This document shows positions 22,750 to 33,277 of a stretch of 64,000 bases of DNA, piece after piece. The position numbers were made by a program, and so were the translations under genes. Within the stretch, counting starts at the first letter, position 1; each line of letters opens with the position of its first letter. The notes beneath the pieces are model-generated. The model did no database searches, was not told the DNA's origin, and saw nothing but the letters and a program-made list of their open reading frames with translations. The DNA comes from Sphagnum compactum (taxonomy: Eukaryota). The stretch is taken from NCBI GenBank assembly GCA_965153455.1, contig OZ234493.1, positions 29,378,213-29,442,212 on the forward strand, given 5' to 3'.

Positions 22750-25700
22750 TAAAACAAAGCACCTAAAAAAGGGGAGAAAAAGGTATAAGATGGAAGCATT
22801 TATGTCCAAGCAAAAAGAAGAAACGACCAATGGGCATAGACCACAATGGAAACATGAACAAATCAAGTACTCAAATCCCCCAAGTCACAAGGAGCATCTA
22901 AGATAATGCAAGGAACGTTCAAAAAAACACTTAGCCTAGAAGAATCTTTTCTTTCATCAACATCATGCCTCAAAATAGAAGTCATTTACACTTGTTGCAA
23001 TGCCATTGACACCCTTTGCTTGTAAAATGAACACAAAATTGAATCCAAAGAGGAAGACTTGTTGCAATGCCATCGACACCCTTTGTTTGTAAAATGAACA
23101 CAAAATTGAATCCAAAGAGGAAGGCCTCCAAAGCTTTTTGTGTTCCATGTCATGTTGACACATCGATGGAAAAATTGTTCGCTTACTCGTGCAAATACCC
23201 AAAGACCTCTATGGTTAAAGGAAGAAACTAATTTATTAGGTATTAATCATGATAAAAAGCATCTTTAACCTAAGTTGTAATTGTAAGAATAAGCCCATGA
23301 AATAAAGTTGCTTGTGAAATCAAATTTGTTCTAGTGGGCTCAATGATAACAATGGTAATCAATGTCTAGACATCATTCACCAAAACCACAATGTCGACCC
23401 ATTGATGCATAGACCAAAAAGTAGGTGGTGGAAAATGTGAGTTTGTTCATGTAAAACATGAAATCTTGCATCCGTCACAATAGATGCAAAAACATGTTAC
23501 ATAACATCATGGGAAGCCATCCTTTCCCCACCACAAACACATCAAAAAAGGTGGATCCCCATAAGGTCCAAAGGTTGACCACAAATGTAATATGATAAAC
23601 CAAGGGCTAAGGGATGAAGGAGGCCCAATTGAATGCACAACATAGTGAAAAAAACCTTTGAAGTAAATCCAAAAAAAAAATCATTGGGCAAACACAAAAC
23701 CATGCACTCACACTTGGCCCCACACAAGATTTCAGGCGTGTTCAATGTGAATTAAAAGCCAAATCAAAGATGATGTTAGAAAAATAATGGTCATGTAATC
23801 TTTCTAAAAATATTTTCCTAAAGTTGATATGTTCCTTTTTATGCCAACTATTCAAAAGGGGTACACACGTTGTTGCTATTGGAGGAAGAAACTCCCACGC
23901 TAACTTCAAATGGGCCTAGAATAATGAACTTGAGGTGTTCGTTTTCATTGCCTTTAATAAGAATGGGCAAGAGTGCAATAAATTTTTAATGCAATGATGG
24001 TGGTAACTAAAGCCCAATTCCTTAAATAGAACATTGAAGTAATGCCCTATGTAGAAATGAAGTTTAACCCTCCACTAAAGATGGGGAAACAAACTTGTTG
24101 TTGATTTAAAGGAACTTGAAGACTCTCAAAAGAACTTGGGCCCAAAAACATTTCAAAAATTCCCAATAAAATCAAATCAAAAGTAACAAGTTAGTTTCAA
24201 AAATTCAAAAGAGGGGAGAAGCAATAGAGTAAATAGGAATTTTTTTGAATGAAATAACAAAAGAGGATCCTTCCCCTAACCTCATAAATGCATCAGTATG
24301 ACGAACGTCTTCATCCAAATCCTCTTGCAAAAAGGATGAGAAAAATGATTCAAAACCAAAAGGGACATCTAAGATTCTAATGTCATCAATATGGCAACAA
24401 AAATAAATTAGGAGGGTCAACTTAGGTCGAGCACTTGCGAGGCTGAATGGCTAACCCCCACAAAGGCCAACTGGAAGACAAAATGATCAAACAAGGGGAA
24501 CAACGTGGGCAAGGTCAAGGATATGGGTGTCATTAGCCAAAGAAAAGAAAAGACAAGAAGGAAAAATGTTCAAAGAATAATGCAAAACACAAAAATGAGC
24601 GGGCACAAAAAGAAACCCAATAAGGAAGTCACCTTAATGCATGCCCACAAATTTCCCAAAGGGAATGATGATTTAAAAACAAAAGAAATTGAAAGGCATA
24701 AAAAGAACGAACAAATGGAAAAAGTTAATACAATTGGCCTCTTGTTGCTCAAAGCTTTTGGAAGATGGCCTTACACGAGATGGTGTTGAAAATGTTAATT
24801 ACATCCACTTAAAGCATATCCCGATCAAGGTGGAGATCCAAAGAAAATCAAATACCATGGACCACCGTTTCACATCCATTCTTAATTGCCATGCCAAATT
24901 AATGTGGCGACATGTGAGAAGAAAACACATTGCAAAAATGTATACATAAAACTTTATTAATCAATTAATAAAATGTTTCACCCACTATAATTAGCTAGAT
25001 GCTTCTTTAAGACTTGGCCAAAACCAAAAGCCTAACAACACCAAGAATGTAGGCCATGAATTATGGGATGTGGCCCATGGTTACATGGGAACTCAACTGA
25101 TGAAGTCGCATGAAACCACTAATTGAATCCTTGGGGTCAAAATAATCTCAAAAATGTTCAAAAATCATGTTCAATGAACCGTATGTTGATAAATGGGACA
25201 TGTGCAAAAAAACTGACCTAAAAGAATTCATGGAAAGCTTCACACTTGTGTCATGTTGAAAATCTATCAAGGAATTTGAACAAGGGGAATCCAAATTTGA
25301 AGGATGTAAGACTTACAAAACGTAAATCGTCTTTGATGACTTTAAAACTAAAAGAAGAAAGGCAAAAGCTTTAGTTTCATGTGCAAACTCCCTAACACAC
25401 TTGAGGGCTAGGCTTCGTTTTAACAAATGTGGAGGGGGCACAACAAGAGCAAAAACTAGAAGAGGTAGGGTTGCCAACATAGCCCAATCCAAAGATAAAG
25501 TTATTGCAGGCACACACGTTCAAAAAATATTCTTTGCTTGAGGTTCTTCATAATCCTTAAACTAAAATTGTCAACAACGTGCCTTGGTTTCCCTATGTTT
25601 AACTGCTCCACCATGAGGAAGAAGGATAAAACATCATTGAGGGAACAACATGAATAGGTTTTAGGTAGACACAGCAAATGAGTCTTGGGCAAGTTGGTCT

Positions 25701-25965
25701 AAAGGAAGGTGAAAATTAACCTACACCATTCAACTCAAAACAAAAAGAATATATATGTATAATTGAAGTAAAAAAAAACCCAAATGGAAGGCAATAAGGG
25801 GATCCAATGCTAAAATCGAAAGCCTAATTTGTTGCGAAGGGAAAAGGGGCTAAAAGGGTGATCAAGGAGCTAGGGGTGCTATTGGAATGTAAAACCTGAA
25901 AGACCTAACAATGCCTTTGGTGACAAGTCATACCATGTTGTAGGAATAAAGTGCCCCATTCCTAT
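22750..25965 (-). mobile_element. Fossil non-LTR retrotransposon with restriction-like endonuclease (CRE/NeSL/R2-type), 3' part
   Basis: Degenerate minus-strand translation: RT core H*GDFLIGFLFVPAH...FFSLANDTHIL (~24520-24640); Zn knuckle ICGQPLDLMGIHLF*CVCGGERMASHDV (~23500-23590); WVDIVV...IIEPTR; KDAFY...FLPLTIEVFG; FYKQRVSMALQ. Many stops and frameshifts; boundaries approximate. Confidence 0.75.
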
Positions 25966-28900
25966 TGTCAAGGACACGAAGAACCACAAGAACAAAGACT
26001 AAAGGAAAGGTCTAAGTCTAATTTCCAAACAAGGAATAAAACAATATTATGCAATTCAAAAATAAGAACACAAAAACTAAAAACAAGAACACATGATGTG
26101 GAAAACAAACATGAAAACAAATTTTTATTATGCTAACATATGCAAACATGAACATGAAAATAACATGACAAGGTTATGGTGTAAGATCGTGCCTAAAATT
26201 GGTGTTGAACATATTGAAGAAAATGAAAGGTCCTACTCCTATTTGTACCCCTCCCTTTGGGGACCTAGCTCAAAAAAATTTCCAAGGAGGCCTTTATGTG
26301 TGCATCAAGTAAAAAAGTTTCTTGGGAACCTTCGTAACTGGGAATTGACTATGAGTTAATTGAAAGTTAATTGAAAGTTAATTCGGACTTAATTAGGAGT
26401 CAACTAGGAGTTAATTAGGACTCAACTAAAAGTTAACTAAGACTTACTAATGAATTAATTAGGACTTAACTAGGACTTAATTAAAAGTTAATTCGGAAAT
26501 AATTCGAAGTTAACTAGGAGTTATCTAAAATTTAATTGGGACTTAATTAGAAGTTAACTAAGATTTAACTAAAAGTTAATTAGGACTTAACCAAGAGTAA
26601 TTTGAGTTAAATTCCAATTAACTAAAACTTAGCTAGGAGTTATGGATGAACATTATGATGAATTCCATCTATTGGAAGATGGTGTTTAATGTTCGCATCC
26701 ATCACATCACCTCCCCTTCTAACAATGAGTTCCACAATGAGTGGACTTGGGGCTTGTTTGGATATAGTCAATGAAATTCATGCACCTTCTCCATGGCATT
26801 TGATAGGTTTTTGATTGGTTCCCAAGTGCGCTTATTCACATCATACCCATGCTAATGAACAAGATATTGAAATTGATGATTAAAGATCCTTAAATCTTAA
26901 AGGCCCTTGACTTCATATTCATGTTCACCATTGATTTCAATAGATGAAGGGGGATCATGGACTCTTCCTGGAATGGTAGATGCATGGTAAGGTTCAAATA
27001 AGGAAACATGAAACAAAGGATGGATTTTCATATAACTTGGAAGTTTGAGTTAGAATGCCACGACATCAATTTGTTTCACAATGAGGAATGGACCTAGCCT
27101 TTGATGATTTAACTTCACTGATGGCCTTGTTGTTTTGATATGTTGTCATCGAAACCAAACATGGTCCCCAACCTTGAAGCTGGGTTGTTCCTTTTGATGT
27201 TGTTATAGGAAAACTTTGCCATGGCCAAAAGTTTTGATCAATTATCTTGATGATAATTTGTTGTGCACCATAAATATTGTTCTAAAATTTGATTGACCCA
27301 ATCTATTTGCCCATCCATCTAGGGGTGGAAAGTTGATGACAACTTCACTTTCACACCTAAAAGTTCAAAAAATCGCTTCCAACTCTTGGATGCAAATTGA
27401 AGCCCACAATCAGAAATGATATTTTCAAGAAGACCATGATACTGAAAAACATGACCAAAAAATAACTTGGATGTTCCTTCACTAGTTATTGCTTTGGTAC
27501 ATGGAATGAAATGAACCATTTTCGTCAAATAATCCACCACCACTAAGATGGAATCATAGGAACTAGAAGGTGGAAGGTTTGTGATGAAATCAATGAAAAT
27601 TGAAGACTGCGGGGATGTAGGGATTGGTAATGGTGAAAGGAAACCATGAGGGCGATCACGAGGATTCTTTGTTCGAGCACAAACATCACAATATTCAACA
27701 AACTCCTTCACATATTTCTAAAACTATGGCCATCAATAATCTCGAGACACTAACTCCATGGTTTTATTTAATCCAAAATGGCCTGCAACTAAAACATTAT
27801 GCTTAGCCTGGAGAATTTGAAGTCGCATAAGGCCGTTAGGAACATACAAAAGACCATCACGATAAAGTAGACCATCTTGAAACTCAAATTTAGCATGATC
27901 ATTGGAAAAATCTTGGATTTAATGATGGTTCCTTAATTGACCTTGGATGCCAATAGTAAATAATAAGAGGGTTTTTTTTCAAATTTTCACAAATTTGTAC
28001 AAAAAAAGGTTGTGTCATCAAGAACTACCAACGATGCCTAAAATCAAAGATGTTCAAGTTTAAGAATCACGTCATTTATTCATAGGTGATATCTCTTCTC
28101 ATGGCAACTTTCATGAAAGCTTTTGTTCTAGCGAACAAAAACTTGGGGCACCTAGGCCTTCTTGTACCACTAAGGTCTTTTTGTTGCTTCAAATTTTGCA
28201 TATTTTTGATGAGGGTTTCACATTCCAAAGCCTCGTGTTATGGTGTTTCAAAACAAAGCCTCATATGCTAATCCATTCGTGGATTATGTAGAACAAGCCA
28301 AAACAATCCAATGATGATAGGATTTTTTAGAGATGAAATGACATTGGAAACAATTTTGTTAGTGTGGGAACCAATGGTAACATCTAATGGCTTGGTCTCA
28401 TGGACGACTAGTCTTGATGAAAGGCTCTGACCATCAATGACCTCAACCGACATTGGTGTGTTTTTTCCACTAGAGCCAACTTGTATTATTGCACCAATTC
28501 CTTGTCCATAAAACATGTTTGATGCGCTATAATCAATAAATGTTTGGGCCTCCATCATCATAAGCTTACTACATTTGATAATGATTGGTTTTAAGAAACA
28601 TGGTGTTGGGTCTAAAGATAGGGTGGGACCATTATCATTACATGATGCATCAAGGTCCAACCTCATGGTCTTTATTGAGATTGGGTCCATGCTCATTTTC
28701 CAACTCCTCTAATTGTGGATTGGTAACAAAGATGGTGCGTGCTGCATGTGGTCCATGCTTTTGTGGACATTCACAAACAACATGATTTGGTTCTCCACAA
28801 TATAAACAAATATTATTTTTATGTCTGTGTTGCTTTTCTTGCTCTATGAGGGGTTTGAATATTTTTTTATCAATTTGCATGGGGTCGTCCTTTGGCAAAA

Positions 28901-30590
28901 TTACTAAAGGTTGGGCTAACATTGCAAGTGGAAAACTCCTTTGTGTTGTTGATGTGGGTTCATGGCGCCTTTCTTGTTGATATTCGAAAAGCTTGTTGTC
29001 ACATCGAACAACTTATGCAATGTTTGACTTAATGTTGAAAGGTCTAACAAGGTGAATAGTAAGTCCTTCACATCACCTTGTAACCCAAAATGAAACTAAT
29101 TTATAGTGATGCCTCACCCCATGAAATGCCACAAACCAATTGTCTGAATTTCGATACATACACCACAACTGAAGGTGATCCTTGACAAATATATCGTATT
29201 TTGATGTTAGACATGCATTCTTTGTCCAAATCTCCAAAGGTGGCATTGAATTCTTCAAGAAATGCTTCAAAGTCGTTGAACAAGGGTGATTAATGCTCCA
29301 ACAAAAGTGTGAACCAAACAAGGGTTGTGCCTAACAATAAGGTGCCAATGACTCCAACTTGAATTGGTCCAGTTGGATACTGATGAGGATGAAGTTGGAT
29401 GACCAAACACACTTGGTTGATAAAACCTCGAAACTTTGAACATGTGCCAACAAGCTTGTTAGGTATGTTAATTTGTGGATCTTTTGTTTGGGGTTGTGTT
29501 GTTGAAATGCATCTCAAGGAAGTCTAAGCTTGATTTTTGCAAATGAACAACAGATTCATGAAGTGTTTGATTTTCCTATTCAAGATTCCTAAGGATAACA
29601 AGGACTTCTTCCGTAAACGTAGACATGATGAACATTGTGAAATATGACACCAACAAGAGGTGGGTAATCTACAATTTCAGTTGACAAGAAATGGGCGATC
29701 CGCGATTTTTTGAAAGCTTTTCCTTTAAAGAAGAGGGGTAATCCACATTCAACTCCAAAAAATATATATACCTCCTAAATGACTTATAGACACAAAAATA
29801 CATGTAAAATTGATGGAGTTTGTTCAAACTATCAAAGACACAAAGAAACACGAGAACAAAGGTTAAAGGAAAGGTCTAAGTCTAATTTCCAAACTAGGAA
29901 CAAGATAAGATTATGTAACTAAAAAACAAAAACACAAGAACTAAAAATAAGATCACGAGTTGTGCAAAACAAATGTGAAAAAAAATCTTTATTATGCTAA
30001 CATATGCAAACATGAAATGGAAAGAACATGACAAGACTATGGTGTAAGATTGTGCCTAAAATTAATGTTGAACAGACTAAAAGAAATGAGGGGTCCTACT
30101 CTTATTTATACCCCTTTGGGAACCTAACTCAAAGAAGTTTTCAAGGAGGCCTTTATGTGTGCATCAAGTAAAAAAAGTTCCTTGGGAACCCTCCTAACTA
30201 AGAATCAACTATGAGTTAATTGAAACTTAACTAAGAGTTAATTTGGATTTAATTAGGAGTCAACTAAGAATTAGCTAGAATTAATTACGACTTAATTAAA
30301 AGTTATCTAAAAGTTAACTAAGACTTATTAATGAGTGAATTAAGACTTAACTAGGACTTAGCTAGGAATTAATAAAAAATTAATTTGGAGTTAATTAGGA
30401 GTTAACTAAAATTTAACTGGGACTTAACTAGGAGTTAACTAAAAGTAAACTAGGACTTAATTAAGAGTTAACTAGGACTTAATTGGGACTTAATTGAAAG
30501 CTAACTAAAATTTAGCTACAAATTATGGATGAACATTATGGATGACTTCCATCTATTGAAAGATGGTGTTTAATGTTCGCATTCATCACA
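25966..30590 (-). mobile_element. Ty3/Gypsy chromovirus LTR retrotransposon, degenerate and RT/RNaseH-deleted; LTRs 25966-26706 and 29830-30590
   Basis: 5-bp TSD CCTAT at 25961-25965 and 30591-30595; outer termini TG...CA; PPT (AGAAGGGGAGGTGA on minus) at 26707-26720. Coding remnants: gag SKFRGFINQV, knuckle CLYCGEPNHVVCEC, protease remnant FIDYSAS, integrase CDVCARTK...IDFITNLP...VVVDYLTKMVHF, chromodomain YLVH*HGY...TWEPIKNL. Confidence 0.93.
26350..26640. repeat. ~11-bp tandem repeat inside the LTR (also 30210-30520)
   Basis: Units like GAGTTAACTAG / GACTTAATTAG repeated >20 times in both LTRs. Confidence 0.8.
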
Positions 30591-30595
30591 CCTAT

Positions 30596-31060
30596 TCTCG
30601 AAGGACGAATAAAAAACACACCAATCGCACACTCAAATAACGATGCCTGAAGTGGAAATGGGGGAGGCCCAAGAGCCAAAAGAGGTAGGGCCTCTATCAA
30701 GGAATTCACCTACCTTAGGAAAATCCACAAGCCCAAAAAATAAAATAAAAAACTACTATAAAACCTTCTCCAATGTTCTGAACCATAGGCTTCAACAAAT
30801 CCTCTTCAATTATCATGAGGTAGTTTTAAATATTCCACAATCATTCTTAAATGGTGAGGCATTAATTCCCCCAAATCCAAATCTTCGTACCCAAGTTTGG
30901 TGAAACCAAACTCATGGTGCTTTTCCTTACTTGATTGTCATCCGGTGTGCATGTTGTGGAGAGCTCCCACTTGCTCGTAAGTGAGCCTTACAAAGGTTCC
31001 ATCATTATCACCAGCTTCACCACAAACCTTTAATGCCCATTACAACTAATTAGTTAATTA
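30596..31060 (-). mobile_element. Probable 5' continuation of the RLE non-LTR fossil interrupted by the LTR element
   Basis: Lies directly beyond the TSD, so it was contiguous with 25965 before insertion; no clear motifs read. Confidence 0.35.
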
Positions 31061-32266
31061 ACTGGAAGAGATCACTTTTTACATGCGCAAATCATCCCGT
31101 TGTGCAAATTTGCTATTGCCATTTTTGTTTGCTTCATGAGGGTGTTTTTTATTGATGTTGCCATTATTGTGGCAACCTGATTCTTCCCAAGCTCCCGCTT
31201 GCTTGTCAAACCTAAAGAAGGTTCAACTAGGCACCTCAATGTAACGAGAGAACCTGGGTTGTTGTTGCAATGATCATATAACTTGAAAGGAATTAGACCA
31301 ACACTATGTAGCTCCACATTTGTTTGCCATTGACAGTTTTTATGATGAGATTTCGAACTTTCCTCTTCTGAATTTGAACTCCACGATGAGAAGAAGAGAA
31401 AATGCATGAAATTGTCTGCAATAACCCCAAATTCATAGCAACCATCTCCAAAGCCTCTTTTTAAAACCTAAATCTCAAGCTTTGGTTGAAATAGAGTTAG
31501 TGACAAAAAGAAAAAAAAAATAGAACATCAAAAAATTCTTTAGGAAGACTAGTTAACTTTGTTCTAGGTTACGCCCATAAGAATCCTCCATCGCTGGCAA
31601 GAAGGTCTACCCCAAGGGAGAGACAGTCTGTTCATGCGAGTGGTAAGAAACTACTTTTGTTCTTCTTGTTGGGAGAAATGGAAGACAGGAGCATTGGCTC
31701 TGGTGGTAGCAGCAACAGGAGTGTTGGCGCAAAACATGTGATACCTCCATTGCCTCAATCCCCATAAAAGCTTGACCTTATAATCCATCTCCATGTGATT
31801 TTGCAATGTATATAAAATTATTATTGCCTGCACTTCACCACTTTGGATATTGACTACAAAGGGTATATAGAACTCTTCTTTTTGCCCATACATTTTTGAT
31901 ACTCCCCTCCATTCAACCAGAAGAACCCTCCAAATCGGATGGGTCAAACTACACAAAGTAAAGGTGCTTCCATTTACACTAAAAAAAACCATAGGAAGGT
32001 TTTACAATAGCAGTAAGCCCATTCCATGTACATTTCCTTCTTCTATGTTTGTTCCACTCTGGTAAACCACAAGCCAATTGCTAGTTCAAAACAATCATCT
32101 TGAAGGTGTATGCCTTTTTGTCACTAATTTGTGAAATTGTATTGAGTAGGACTTTCTACCATTTGCTTTTTAATATACATAGTGTGCATTTGAGAAAGTC
32201 CACTTCACTATTGGCCATGACTCAAAGCTATCGATTTTATGTTGACAAAGGATTTGGCACAACTAT

Positions 32267-32269
<3 letters not shown>

Positions 32270-32297
<28 letters not shown>

Positions 32298-32318
32298 TTG
32301 GGGGGGGGGGGGGGGGGG
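32270..32318. repeat. (GT)n microsatellite followed by poly-G
   Basis: Direct reading. Confidence 0.9.
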
Positions 32319-33277
32319 GTTGTGTGTTTCCAAGTTCAATGTGGGATAACTAGCTATGGAAAGTGAAGTCTCATTTATCACTCATATTATTTTCTTTCCA
32401 TTAATACAACAAAGAAATTGCTTGAACAACAAAGAGAGCATTAATAAACATTTTCCAACACTCAGTTTTTTTAAAAAAAGAAAAGAAATAGACAAATAAA
32501 AATGCACACCAAAGGACATTGATTATAGGGGAGCACCTACATTTGCTACACCACAACATTGTAGTTCTGGTCAATTTTGTGATGTAGCCAAAGTGAAGAT
32601 CATCCATAAGAAGATTTAGCCAAATTTCGCTATATAAACAGATAGGGAAATCAGAAGGAAATAACTATCCTTGTATTATTTTTGGCTACTTACTTGGACC
32701 AAACATAGAAATACGATAATTTTAATCTTAGTTTTTCAAATTATGGCAATCAAAAACCCCTAAAATTACTTCGTTTTCACATTTTAATTTCTCTTTTTGG
32801 CGACATGTCGCCAGTAGAATCACGCGCACGCAAGGCACAGAACCTCACGCACACACCAGGGCCCGACGGAGAAGAAGACGTATTTGTATATTTTTCGCAT
32901 TGAAATGTATACGATTAGATACGTAGCATGTGGGGTTTGCAGTTTGCACTTGTGCGCCTCTAATAACCCGTATTTGTACGTATTTTTAATTTTAATGTAT
33001 GTCATGCACATACTTCGTATTGTACGTTGTATAGATACGTCGTCGTTGGGGTTTGCACACGCTCTTGCTCTGTGCTTTCGGTGCCGTAGTCTTTTGCTCG
33101 CTTGTTTGCGTGTTGCGATTTCTCGATCGAGCAGCCGCATCTTCTCGGGTACGTTGGCTCACTATCATCAAGCACACATTATAGGATGCGGTAGCTGTAA
33201 CGCTTTCCTCGGGATTTTTTGTTCATTCTTTTGATCAAAAGCATTTTCCTCGGGGTTTTTTTGGGGCTTCTTCTGCC

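Noticed and set aside
26350..26640. Regular short repeats resembling a CRISPR array
   Set aside because: No unique spacers, no cas genes; it is a tandem repeat inside an LTR.
31600..32100. Possible minus-strand pseudogene fragment (113-aa ORF and an alternative frame with several stops)
   Set aside because: No family recognised, and stop density is not clearly below chance.
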